NCBI GenBank assembly: GCA_002104945.1
Contig: MCFH01000077.1
Coordinates: forward strand, 62,001-126,000
Origin: Piromyces finnis finn
Taxonomy: Eukaryota > Fungi > Neocallimastigomycota
Reading direction: 5' to 3'
DNA length: 64,000 nucleotides
Positions 31,176-52,446 of this stretch are shown in pieces; the stretch's first letter is position 1, and the number at the start of each line of letters is the position of its first letter. The notes under the pieces were generated by a model, which was not told the DNA's origin, did not search any database, and saw only the letters and a list, made by a program, of their open reading frames with translations. Both the position numbers and the translations under genes were made by a program.

Positions 31176-33122
31176 ATGGAGTCATCATCATCAGAGGAAA
31201 GTTTAAATATGGTAAATGTTTTATTAGGTAATTATGATAGAGATCATCAGGAAGAAAGTAATATAGAAAAAAAGGAATTTTTACATGCCGCTGAAAAAGG
31301 AAATATCGATCGAATTAAATATCTTTATGAAAAAAATAATGATATTATTAATGTTAGGGATAAGGATAATAAATCATCCATAATAAAAGCAGCTGAATTT
31401 GGAAATATAGAAGTAGTCAAATTTTTATATGACAATGGAGCAGATATTAACGATAAAAGTTTTTATGATCGAACGGCCTTAATCTACGCCATAGCAAATG
31501 AACATTTGGAGGTCGTAGAATTTTTAATTGAAAATGGAGCCACCATGGATTATATTGATGATAATTCCGATAGTACCTTATTAACTCTGGCTTCAAAAAT
31601 AAAAAATACAAAAATTTTAAGATACCTGTTAGATCATGGTGGAAATATTAATGAAAAAGACAATGAAAATTGTACCCTAATAACCTATCCTATTATGAAT
31701 GGAGACTTGGAAACCGTAAAATATTTAGTCGATAAGGAAATTGACCTACACCAAAAAATGTTGAATAAAAACGTAACTCCATTAATTTTAGCAATCATTC
31801 ATCGAAAAGTAGACATTACAAAATTTCTTTTAAATTGTGATATTAATATTAATGAAAAGGATGATGATGGGAAATCCGCTTTAATCTACGCCATCGAAAA
31901 TAACCATTTAAAATCTGTAAAATGTTTAATTGAATGCTACGCCAGTATGAATGAACAAAATAATAAAGGTGAGACACCGGTATTTCTTGCCGCTTCCTCC
32001 GGATTTTTTGATATTGTAAAGTATTTAGTTGAAAAGGGAGTCAATATTAACATTAAAGATCATTGTCAAATGTCACCTCTACTCATTAGTATTCGTAATA
32101 AACATTATGAGGTTGCCAGATTTTTAGTCGATAATGGAGCTAATATTAATGATAAAGATGAAAATGATGTTACCTCACTTCATATGCTCACACAACACGG
32201 TCACTTGGAATTAATTAAATATTTACTGGAACATGGTGTGGATATTGATGCCAAAGATAAAAATAATAATGAAACACCATTGATGATTGCGGCAGCGTCA
32301 GGCGATATGGAAATTGTTCAACTTTTAGTTGAACGTAGAGCCTACATAAATCATAAAAGAAAAGATGGATCGACAGCAGCTATGATTGCTTTACATAAAG
32401 GAAATAATGATATTGGTTATTATTTATTTAAAATTGCCTCCAATGTATATGAAAAAAAAGAAAATAGTACCATGTCCTTCCCATTAATTTCCGAAATTAT
32501 TAAAGGTAATAATGATCGGGTGAAGGAATTAATTGAAAATGAACATGCTAATGTAAATGAAAAAGCTGATAATAATATTACACCATTAATGACGGCAGCA
32601 TCAAAAGGAAATACATCTCTTGTTAGCTATTTATTAGAAAAAGGAGCCGATATCACAGAAAAATCATTTAAAGGTCAAACTGCTCTTCATTATGCCGCAA
32701 AAAATGGACATCTTAATGTTATTAAATATCTTATCGAGAAAAATGTTAATATTAATGAAAAGAATTGTAATGGTATGACCGCATTAATGTTTGCCATATC
32801 AAAAGGACATCTACAAATTGCAAAATCGTTATTGGAAAAGGGAGCCTTAATTAATGATAAGGATGATTCAGGAATGACCCCTTTCCTTTTTGCTATTGAA
32901 AATGGAAATATAGAAATGATTCGATTTCTAGCGGAACAAGGAGCAAAAATCAATGATACCGATAATTCGGGTAGAAGTTCTTTATCCATTGCTACTCGAA
33001 ATAGTAATAAAGAATTAATTGATTATTTAAAAAAGAATGGGGCTAGAAGACTTAGTCTTATGGAAAATATGAAAGCTTATATTAAAAATAAAAAGAATAA
33101 TAGAATATCCGCAGAAATATAA
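31176..33122 (+). CDS. Ankyrin-repeat protein, intronless, 648 aa
   Basis: More than 15 ankyrin repeats (TALIYAIANEHLEVVEFL, TPVFLAASSGFFDIVKYL, TALHYAAKNGHLNVIKYL). Confidence 0.95.
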   Translation: MESSSSEESLNMVNVLLGNYDRDHQEESNIEKKEFLHAAEKGNIDRIKYLYEKNNDIINVRDKDNKSSIIKAAEFGNIEVVKFLYDNGADINDKSFYDRTALIYAIANEHLEVVEFLIENGATMDYIDDNSDSTLLTLASKIKNTKILRYLLDHGGNINEKDNENCTLITYPIMNGDLETVKYLVDKEIDLHQKMLNKNVTPLILAIIHRKVDITKFLLNCDININEKDDDGKSALIYAIENNHLKSVKCLIECYASMNEQNNKGETPVFLAASSGFFDIVKYLVEKGVNINIKDHCQMSPLLISIRNKHYEVARFLVDNGANINDKDENDVTSLHMLTQHGHLELIKYLLEHGVDIDAKDKNNNETPLMIAAASGDMEIVQLLVERRAYINHKRKDGSTAAMIALHKGNNDIGYYLFKIASNVYEKKENSTMSFPLISEIIKGNNDRVKELIENEHANVNEKADNNITPLMTAASKGNTSLVSYLLEKGADITEKSFKGQTALHYAAKNGHLNVIKYLIEKNVNINEKNCNGMTALMFAISKGHLQIAKSLLEKGALINDKDDSGMTPFLFAIENGNIEMIRFLAEQGAKINDTDNSGRSSLSIATRNSNKELIDYLKKNGARRLSLMENMKAYIKNKKNNRISAEI

Positions 33123-33797
33123 TTTCGATTTATTTTTGTGATTTTTTTTTTTTTTTTTTTTGCTTCTGTCGTTGTTGTTTTTTCATTATATAAACATATT
33201 TAAATAGATGTAATAGATATATTGATAGACAATGTTTTTTTTTTTTTTTTTTTTTTTTCTTCGTATGATAAAACTTAAGTATTAATTTAATAATAAATAC
33301 AATAATAATAGATATAACATTTTTTTTAAAAAAAAAAAATAATAATAATAATAATAATAAAAATAATAAATATAAAAAGATTAAATTTAATAAGATTTAT
33401 AAACTTTGCATAGTGTATTAAAGTAGTACTATAAATTAAATATAAAATCCAATAATAATAACTAAATCTTTCCTATAAATTATTACTGATTAACACTTGA
33501 CTCCTGTGCCTAAATATATATTTAATGGAAAAAAAAAAAAAAAAAAATTATGAATAGTATCTCTATAATAAACACTTATAATGAATGAAGATTTATAAAA
33601 AAAAACTTTTTTTATATAATATTTTATTATTATTATTATTATTATTATTTTGTTTTTATTTTTTTTTTTTTTAAAAGAAAAATAATATTTTATATATTTA
33701 TGTTGTCTTTTTTTTTTTATTATTATTATTATTAAAATGTATTGCTAATTAGTATAATATTATTGACAATTTTATCTGTTTTAGCTTGTTTTTTTTT

Positions 33798-33829
<32 letters not shown>

Positions 33830-34255
33830 GTTTTTTTCAAAATTTTTTGCTTTCCTTATTGATAATAATTAATTGTTTTTAAAAACTGGATATTAAATAT
33901 AATTTAAAAAAAAGGGGGGGAGATTTTTTATATTAAATATAAAAATTGTCTATTGAAAATTGAAATATCAATTGTAACAATATTAAATAAATATTTTATA
34001 TAAATTATTTATATATTATATTCTTCTCATAATAAAATAATAGATTATATTTTGGTTCACTTTTTTAATTGTTGTTTTCTTATTTTGTAGATTTCTTGTT
34101 ATAATTATAATTTATATTTAAAAGATTTTAGAAAATTGGATAATTTATTTGTTCGTTTGTTTGCTTTTTTGTAATATTAATTTTTGTTCTTTGATCCAAA
34201 TCTATATATCTAATATAAAAAAAAAAGTTTATTCTTTTTTTTTTCGCTATTAAAT

Positions 34256-37322
<3,067 letters not shown>

Positions 37323-38096
37323 TTTTTTTTTTTCTTTATTTAATGAAATATTAAAATCTTATAAAAATTGAAAATTTGCTTTTTTTTTTTTTTATTTTAC
37401 TCTTTCTTTTAATTTAAAAAAAGAAGGTAGATAAAGAATGTTTTTTTTTTTTTTTTTTGGTAAAACTATTATTTAATTAACTTTAAAAATTAAATCAGTT
37501 AAATTCTATTAATTATAATAATATATTAAAATATATTCATATTATATTTGCACTATTGAATTATTCTATTTAATTAAGGATTAAATAATTTTATTAGATA
37601 TAATTTGATGCAAATAAAAGAGTTGATTAATAATTTATCTATTATCCTAGTTATTTATTCATTTACTATTATTATTTATTTATTACATGATTTATTTATC
37701 TTTATATTTATTCATCCATCTAATTTATTTATAGTTGTTTTTGTTATTCGTTGCTATAATAAACACCTCTATGCTTAATGGATGAGGTAAAACTCTTGTT
37801 TTTATTATAAATTATGTTTTAAAAAAAATAAAATAAAATAATAAAACATCTATTAATAAAAAAATGATAAAATAGTTTTAATGTTTATTTTTTTTTTTTT
37901 TCTTAAAAAATATAGAATAGTATACAAACAAACAAACAAATTTTCTTATTAAAATGATTTTGTTATATCCATATAAAAAGAAAAAAGAAAAAACATTGTT
38001 GACACGATTGAATTAATTATTGTATTTTATTGGTAATTGGAATTTTATTTATGATATTTTATATATACTTTAAAGATATGTAGGACATGTAGATTT

Positions 38097-38129
<33 letters not shown>

Positions 38130-38217
38130 GTATGGTAATATTATACATAATAGATTAACTTTTTTTTTTTTTTAATAAATAATACTTTTATTTTGTTTTT
38201 AATTTTCAATTATTATC

Positions 38218-43239
<5,022 letters not shown>

Positions 43240-45749
43240 TTTTTATTTTTTTTAATTTTATTTTCTTTTTTTTTTATATATATTGTTCTCTTTTTCGCTT
43301 ATTAATTTTGAATATATATAGAGAGAGAGAGAGAGAAAGTGATAATAAATTATTTTTTTTATAAAAAAATTGAAATTATAACGTTGTTGATAATTGAAAA
43401 GAAGAAGAAGAAAAAAAGGAAAAATAAAGGAAAACTGTATATTAAAAGGCATTAAAGAGAAATAAAGATATAAAATAATATATAATAATAAATATAAGTT
43501 TTGTTAGTATCATTTTGTTAAAACAAAGAAATATAACAATAATAATTTGAAAAAAAAGAAAATGAATTACAAATTTAGAATTTATTTTAAAATTATTATT
43601 TCTATATTATCTATGGATAATACATAAATAAGTAGATAGATATAATGATAGTTGTTGTTTTTTTTAAAATATATATATATATATATAATAATACATAAAT
43701 GTCATAATATTAATTCTAATATAATTATTATTATATATATTGTCTCTTAACTTTTTATATTTTATGTAATATACATTTTACAATAAAAATTTAAAATTCT
43801 TTATTAATATGAATTTAAAACTAGTCTTGTATTTCTCCTTATATATATATATATATATGATATTAAAAACAATAATTTTTAACAAGAAAGGAAAAAAGAA
43901 AATGATAAAAAAAGAAAAGAAAAAATATTAATTAATAAATATAATAACAAATAGTGAAACTCTTCCACTAATTTTCCAAATTCTTCATTATATAACTTTA
44001 TTATTTTATTGAAAAGTTATTAATAAAATTCTATTGATTATTTTCTTAATTGTTTCAAATAAATAAATATAAAAAAAAAAAAAGTTTTCTTGTAATAAAA
44101 CTTTGAATTGTGTCTCTATTTATATATATATATCTATATAACTAATCATAATTAATTTATAAAAAAATGAATAATAATATAAAGTTAATTTACAATACAC
44201 TCCAGTAACGTTTGGAAAAGGTATATAAACAAGAGTTTTCAACAATGGATATATATTGAGTTGTTATTGGTTGTTGTCGTCGTTATTGTTTTTATTTTTC
44301 TTTTAATAATTGAATAAAAAAAAAAAAAGAAATTTAATTTATTACTATGAATATATAAAAAAGGTTTGATAATTATATAATTGATAATTGAAAATTTAGC
44401 TTAGAATACTATAGAATTATGTATAGGATAATTAAAATTATTTAAAATAAAATAAAATTATTACTTTTTATAACTCTTTAATGTATTTATTATTTTATTT
44501 TTAATAGGCCAGTTATTTGATGTATTGATAATTTCAATAAAAAAAAATTAAAAAAAGAATATTTTCAATAAAAAAAAAAGATTAAATTGTTTAATATTAA
44601 ATATATATTATATATTTTAAATGTTTGTTTGTTTGTTTGTTTTATGGTTCCCTTTACTTTTTCTTTTATTTTTTTTTTTTTTTTCTTTTTTTCTTTTCTA
44701 TAATTTAACTTTTCGACTTTTTTTTAAAAAAAAAAAATAAAAATAAAAAAATTTGAAATTAAGTTCAACTTTAAAAAAAAAAAAATGAAAAATTTAATTA
44801 AAATCTTTTTTTAATTATAAAACTTAAAAAGTTTTTAAATATAAAAGTTTAAATAGTTTTAATATATTAATTAATGAGGTATTTTTACTTTTTTTTTTTT
44901 TAATTAAAAATGTAGACAAAAAATATAAAGAAGAAACGAAAACGAAAACGAAAACGAAATATTAAAAGTTTTCTTTCTTTCTTCAATTCTAATTCCCAAA
45001 AAAAAAGTAAAAATTCATTGCTTTTTCATGATTAATACAAATAGCCTAATAAATTACTTTTTTTTTTTTTTCTATACTTATTGGGAAGAATAAAGGATAA
45101 TAAATGGTAAATACACTTTATTTCATGATAATACTTTTTATTTTTTATTTTTTTTTTTTTTGTAAAAAAAAAAAAAAAAGAAATTCTTTATTAAATGAAT
45201 AATATTTAATTATCTTTTAGAAATAATTTTTTCTTTAAATACTTTTTTTTTATCTTTTTCTATAATTTATTTATTAATTTATAGGTACTACCTTTTTATT
45301 ATTATAGGGTTTCTTTTTTTCTAACTATCCTACGTCGTTGGATTAATTCATTAACAAAATAACTTTCTAATACTTATTTAATATTAATGAACTAAAATTT
45401 ATATAAAATCTAAAAATATTTAAAAGGGTTAAAGGATTTTTTTTGTTAAAAATTTTTGTTTTATTGGAATAATAGATAAAATTTTTTAAAAAGAAAATCC
45501 TCATATTTAAGTAAAGATATTTCCTTTTTTCTCTATTTTTTAATAACTTTTTTAATAGAATAAATACATTGCTTAAAAAAAAAATAAAATATATAGATTT
45601 ATAAAAGTTTATTTTTATACATAATTTTTTTTTTATTTATTTTTAAAACATTAATTGCATTGCATTATAGGTATGTGAGAGAAAGATATAAAAATTATTT
45701 GGGGTGATTAATTATTAATTTTACGTTTTACATAAATAATTTAACGAAT

Positions 45750-47206
45750 TTAACTTGGTGGGAGAGCAGAAACATCCATAGCTGGTTCATCATCTTCATC
45801 ATCTTCTTCAACTTCTTCGTAAATACCATCAACTGGAGTTCTTGGCATAGCCATCATACCTAGTATAATTTAAACAAATTCAATCACATCATTAATAACA
45901 CGTTTTATTAAATATAAATATAATGATGCAAAAAAAAAAAAATACTACTACACATATTCATTTGTCATCTAAAATGAATTTTTTTTAAATAAAAACTTTA
46001 AATTACCTGAACGAGAAGCTTCAATAATACCGTATGGTCTTAAAAGCTTAATGAAGGAATCAATTCTTTCAGACTTGGCAGATAATTGGATTAATAAACT
46101 TTCATTAGAAATATCAATAATCTTAGCACCGAATTGGTTAGATAAAGCAGTAAGAGCGTTACGTTGTAATGAACTGTCAAGAAGTGGGGAAATACCGCTG
46201 GACTATATATTATTATTTAATATATATTAATTTTTAGTATTGCATTTTAATAATTAGTATTGCTTCTTCATTATACAAAAATATTAAAATGATTATATTA
46301 TGATTAATAATAAAAGTAGTTAGGGTAAAAAATCCATGATATTTACCTTTTCCTTGTTGTCATCGCTGTCACCAAGTAAATCGTTGGAAACATGTGGTGG
46401 AATGGTTGAAACCTTGATGAGTAAAAGTTCTCTTTCAATAACCTTGGTGTTAGTGTAATCTAAAACAGCCCAAACTGGAACAAGATCTTCAACTTGACGA
46501 CGACATTGTTCAATGGAATCGGATTGACCCTTGATAACAATAGTCATACGACTTAAATCTGGAACTTCAGTCTTAGCAACAACAAGACTATCAATGTTGA
46601 AACCTCTACCAGCTAAAATACCAGAAACTCTGGATAAAACACCTGGTTCGTTAGTAACTAAACAGTTAAGAACATGACGCTTAACTGGTTCGTTGGATGG
46701 AATTGGAGTGTTATATAAAATGTTGTTAACAGCTTCTTGAGCAGTTGGTGGGGCTTGGACTTCAACGAGTGGAATCTTTCTTCTTCTACGAACACTTAAA
46801 TTCTTTGGAGTACTGGAAATACTGCAAGCTGGAACAACAGCTCTTAAAACCTATGTTTATAAAAAAAAAGTATTTTTTTAATTATTTATGATTTAAAAAA
46901 AAACCTCTCAACTTGTTGAAATTATTCTATTTAAAATATATAATTTATATTATATAAAAAACTAAATGTCTTATATATATAATTTGTTTATTTTTTCCAA
47001 AGAATAAAAATCAAAAAATCAACATTGATCTTTTTAAAAATATATATACATTTATTATAGCAAGAGAAAATCTTTTTGAATTGATAAACATTTATATATA
47101 TAACAACATTTAGGCAATGCTTTTATACTTTTTAAAATAAAAAAAAAACTCTACTTACACCATTAGAAAGAGAACTACTTAATCTTTTTGATAAAGTGGA
47201 TAACAT
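45750..47206 (-). CDS. ILV6: Acetolactate synthase small (regulatory) subunit with an organellar-type presequence; 4 exons
   Basis: Exon 1 (47159..47206) encodes MLSTLSKRLSSSLSNG and ends at a GTAAGT donor; exon 2 starts at 46850. The product has the ACT domain HVLNCLVTNEPGVLSRVSGILAGRGFNIDSLVV, VIERELLLIKV, RPYGIIEASRSGMMAMPR and the C-terminal LPPS. Confidence 0.93.
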
Positions 47207-48780
47207 CTTGTACTATGATTTTCTTTTCCTTATTTAAATCTATATGTAAATTGATTTATTGTTGTTTTTTTTTTAAAAAAAAAAATAAATACGAATATAT
47301 ATATATATATATAAAAATAAAATATATATTAATAATTGAATGGCTATTAAAATTATATTATTGTTTTTTGTTAAAAAGGCTTAATTCATCTAATAAATGT
47401 AAAAAAAAATAAATAAATAAAAAAAAACATCTTTATCATTGTTGATAGTTGTGCTAAATTTTTATTATAAATGAGACTTTTTTTGGTTGATAATTAAATT
47501 ATTTATTTTTTTTTTTTTTTTACACAAAAGTTCACTTTTTCATACATATGTAAATAAGTAGTTCTAAAGGATATGCAACAAACTTAGCAACAACACTTTT
47601 AGCAATAAAAAAAAAAAAAAGACTTACGTTAACCAAATAAATAATTTGCGATTTGCTAAATAAAAAAAAAAAGAAAACTTTATAGAAAAACAAATAAAAA
47701 AAAAAAAAAAATTATTTATAAAAATGATGATGAATTAAAAAAAAATTTTTTTTGTATTATCATACATATTAATTATATATTAAAGTTATATAAAAAATAA
47801 TAAAAATATATTATGTTAATATATTTTGAATGTAATCCAAGTATATAAATTAAATAAATCAAATCATTCAAACAAACAAAAAAAAAAGACTTTTTGCTAC
47901 TGCATCTATGGAATATATAATAAAATCTATTTCTAACTATATAATGAAGGTTGATAAGTTATTATTGTTGCTATAACTGCTTTTTATATTACGCATTAAA
48001 CAATCATTCCTACTGCATTATTGTCAATTGAATTTAATAAAACATCCAAAAAAAGGTTTTATTCCCCAGTTTCAAAAAAAAAACTTTCATCAATATATCA
48101 TCATTAAACTATGAGGATAACACATAAATACATAAATAGCACCAATAGGAATCATATTTTATAGATGGAATTAAAATTATATTTAATCATTATTATATCA
48201 CATGATGTTATTGAACGGATCAATTTAAATTAAAAAAAATGCTTGAAAAAATCCACCAATAAAATTAAAGCTTGTAATGAACAACTTTTAAAAAAAAAGC
48301 TATCTTTTTTTTTTTTTTTCCTTACCTCAAACGAGATAATTAATTCCTTTTTTAAAAACGTTTTTGGTAGATGGTGGGAGGGAGTAGTAGTAATTGTAGT
48401 GGAAGTAATGGTTGTGGTAATGATTGTGGTAATGGTTAAAATTATTCTTGTACATTTAATATAGGAATAATTTAATATGGACAAGTCAAAAAATTTTAAA
48501 ATCTTTTTTTTTTTGACAAGGCGTTAAAAATAGAAAATTAAAACGCCATCAATATTCATCATTATCTTTCTTTTAGAGAATAAGCATTTTGTATGGCATA
48601 GCATCTTTTTTTTTTAATTCATTTCTTATTATTATTTCTTATTTAATATTTGTTTTTTTTTTTGTTTCTTTTTTTAATAGATGAAAAAGCCTATTTTTAA
48701 AAAAAATTAAAAAAAAGTCTATATTAACTTTAAATAGAAAAGATGAAGAGCTTCTTTTTTTTTTAAATAATTAAATAAGA

Positions 48781-48818
<38 letters not shown>

Positions 48819-49044
48819 AGAGAGAGAGAGAGAGAATAAAAGAAAGGAATAACTATGAATTTTGAAATACTTTATTATTATTTATTTCTTTTTCTAAAAA
48901 AAAATTCTCCTAGATTTATATTTAAAATTCTCTCTAAAAATAATAAAAATAAAAAGGATAATTCCTACAAATATAAAAAAAAAAAAAAAGCTCTTTTCAC
49001 CATAATTAACGCTATTAAAACGCATAATGTTATATATATAGATC

Positions 49045-49076
<32 letters not shown>

Positions 49077-49199
49077 TAATTGTGATATTATTCTATTTCT
49101 TTTATTTATAATAAAAACATATCTTTAAAAAAACGAATCATTCCATTATTGAAATAAAAAATATTATTATTAATTTCATTTTTTATTAGAAATTACATG

Positions 49200-49557
49200 A
49201 AAAAAATTATTCATTTATTCATTTATTCATTTACATTTATTTATTTATTTATGCATTTAATTTGTTGATTAATTATTTATTTATTTACTTATTTATTTAC
49301 TTATTCATTTACATTTATTTATTATTTATTTCTATTTATTTATTTACATTTATTTATTCATATTCATTTATTTATATTTATTTATTTATATTTATTTATT
49401 TATTCATTTATTCATTTATTCATTTACATTTTTTATTCATTTATATTTATATTTATTCATATTTGTTTACTTATTCATTTACATTTTTATTCATATTCAT
49501 TTATTTATATTTATTTATTTATTTACTTATTTATTTATTTATGTATTTAATTTGTTG

Positions 49558-49595
<38 letters not shown>
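49200..49595. repeat. ATTT/ATTC low-complexity tract
   Basis: Directly visible; it explains the spurious ORF 49262..49558. Confidence 0.85.
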
Positions 49596-51252
49596 ATATA
49601 AAATTTATAATTAATATTAAAATTTAAATAATTAATTTTTAAAAAAAATAAAAATATTTATATTAAAAAAAAACAAACAATAATAATAATAATAATAATA
49701 ATCAATTTTAACAATCCTAAAAAATAAGGAAAAAAAGAAACTTTTTAAAACATATTTAATTCATAATTATTATTATTATAACAATTCAAGAGGAATATAA
49801 ATTATATTAAACATTATTTTTATTATTAAGCATTATAAATATATCTTTTATATAAAATATACCTCTTTGTGAAATTATAATCAATAAAAGGTGGTTATTA
49901 CACATATACAAATGTTTTTTTTTTTTTTCTTATTATAGTACTTTTATATATTCAACATAAATATTAAAAAGAATGAATATAAAGTGTAAAGAAATATAAA
50001 TTTATAAGTAATAATAGACGGGAAATATTAAGTTAGTTAAATCAATATTTGATATTTTTTTATTTTGAAAGAAAGAAAATAAATAAATAAAAATTTGTTT
50101 ACAATATATACATTTCATTTACAAGATCAATAATATATGAATGAAGACCACAAAAATGAATAGGCCTATAGCAATAATCTATTTAACTATCCATTTTTTG
50201 CTTTAAAAAGAAAAAATAAGAAGAAAAAATTAAATTTTCAAACTTTTAATTATTTTTTAAATAAAAAGGATAAATAAATAGTATTTATACAAATTACAAA
50301 ATATACATAATAAATTATTTTGTTTATATTTTATTTCCAATACTGCAACTATTAATACTACGACTATTTTATTATTAAAAAGGATTATTCATTCAACCAT
50401 ATATTTATATTTATTATAATCAAAATTAATTATTTTATTATGAATAGATAAAAAAAAGTTAAATTTTATATATATGTTGAAGATTAATGATAACTTACAA
50501 CAGCAATCAAGATAAACACACATATATTTACTTAACCAATTAATTAAAATTATTTAATAATTATAAAGTTAAAATATCCTAAACAATAAAAAATAATAAA
50601 CACTTTTTTTTTTTATGTAAAAAAAATAATAATAATAATTTTATATTTAATTTCATTACAAATATTAACCTTTTTTTAAAAAAAAAAATATTTATAAATT
50701 TTATATACATATACATTATACAACTATTCTCGGCTTATGACAGGAATAAAATGTTTTAATATTTAAAAAATAATAATAATAATAATAATATATTTTTATC
50801 AGTGAATTTCTTTCAATTTCAATTTCAAAAAAAAAAAAAAAAAAAAAAGCAAGAAACAAATAAAAATAAATAAATAAATAAAAAAGAAAGATAATAAAGA
50901 AATATATAAAACAAAAATAATATATAAAACATAAAAACAAATAACAAAAGAATAATAATAAAATTAATTTTATATACATACACTAAATTAAAGAAGAAGA
51001 AAAAAAACCCGGAAAGAATAAAACAAATAAAAAAAAATAATAAAAGCAAAAAGCCTTTATACCTTAAATATTATTTTCCCTTTATCGCTTATATAGATAG
51101 ATAAATAAATAGATTTATTATATTATACAATATTGAATATTTCATAATAAAAGAATACAATACAAATATATTAAAAAAAAAAAAAAAAAAGAAAAAGAAA
51201 AAGAAATTAGTAGTTATTATCATATATTAAATAATATAAAAAAAAAAAAAAA

Positions 51253-52446
51253 ATGCCAACAGATAGAACTAAAGAATTTCAAGCAACCATAGAATCCATA
51301 CTTAATAGAAAAAACGTTTTTGAACAACAACACCTTTTACAAAATCAAAGTAATTCTCCAAAGAGTCAAAAATCTGAATTTAATCATGCAGCCTCTACTA
51401 TCGGTAAAGAAATTAATACAACGGTTGCTAAACTTCAACGTTTAACTCAACTTGCTAAACGTCGTACAATGTTTGATGATAATCCAACAGAAATAAATGA
51501 TTTAATTCAAGTGGTAAAACAAGATATTACACGTATTAATCAACGTATAGACTATTTACAAATGAATTCCCGTAATAGAAATAATAATAGAAAAAATAAT
51601 GAAGAAAATAATGCACAAGCCCTAGAACATTCAAAAAATGTTATTGTTTCACTTCAATCTAAATTAGCCAATACCTCTAATGATTTTAAAAATGTATTAG
51701 AGATAAGAACCCAAAACATGCGTGAACAAAAATCACGACGAGACCAATATGGAGTATCCAATTTATCGACCATGACCACACCTGATTTAGATTCCTTAAA
51801 AAATAATCCATTACCTTTATACCAATCTGCTGTAGCAGCATCTTCTTCAATAAATTCACCAAGAATGCCCAATGCCACCTTTGATACTAATCATGGCACT
51901 GACGTCACTACCCAATCTAATACAAATTCTTTGGGTCTTGGTTTTAACTCTACTTTAAATCGTTCATCGACGACCTCTAATACCTATAATTCACCCTATG
52001 ATGGCAATATACCTATGTATCAACCCTTAAACTCACCTGCTCAAACTGAATCTAAAGAGACCTTTGTTTCCATTGAAATGATGGATACTACACCACCAAA
52101 TGGTTCCCTTGGTCTCAGCAATATTATTGGAGGAGAACAGCAGCAACTTTTAGCTAATCCAATCCATACAGAGTACTTAGAATCTCGTTCTCAGGCCATT
52201 GATTCAATTGAATCCACCATTGCTGAATTAGGACAAATTTATCAACATTTTGCACAAATTCTAGCAGGACAAAGAGAAACAGTGCAACGTATTGATGATA
52301 ACATTGCTGATGTAGAAATGAATGTAGAAGGAGCACAAACCCAATTAATGAAATATTACAATAACATTTCAAGTAATCGTTGGTTATTGTTAAAAGCTCT
52401 CGGTATTATCCTTATATTTTTCTTAATCTTTGTTATGTTTTTATAG
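51253..52446 (+). CDS. SED5: Syntaxin-5/Sed5 cis-Golgi Qa-SNARE, intronless
   Basis: N-terminal DRTxEF peptide, Habc domain (KLQRLTQLAKRRTMFDD, HSKNVIVSLQSKLA), SNARE motif IESTIAELGQIYQ...RIDDN and a C-terminal TM helix. Confidence 0.93.
   Translation: MPTDRTKEFQATIESILNRKNVFEQQHLLQNQSNSPKSQKSEFNHAASTIGKEINTTVAKLQRLTQLAKRRTMFDDNPTEINDLIQVVKQDITRINQRIDYLQMNSRNRNNNRKNNEENNAQALEHSKNVIVSLQSKLANTSNDFKNVLEIRTQNMREQKSRRDQYGVSNLSTMTTPDLDSLKNNPLPLYQSAVAASSSINSPRMPNATFDTNHGTDVTTQSNTNSLGLGFNSTLNRSSTTSNTYNSPYDGNIPMYQPLNSPAQTESKETFVSIEMMDTTPPNGSLGLSNIIGGEQQQLLANPIHTEYLESRSQAIDSIESTIAELGQIYQHFAQILAGQRETVQRIDDNIADVEMNVEGAQTQLMKYYNNISSNRWLLLKALGIILIFFLIFVMFL

Noticed and set aside
47880-48484. Possible gene or pseudogene with a Thr-rich or His/Tyr-rich ORF
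   Set aside because: The ORFs come from a short GTG/GTA repeat, all frames stop quickly, and I recognise no motif.
49262-49558. 98-aa F/I/Y/L-rich ORF and similar short ORFs (1325, 1982, 4646, 4841, 25639, 26132, 50716, 50825, 53016)
   Set aside because: They arise from low-complexity AT-rich DNA and show no coding signal.
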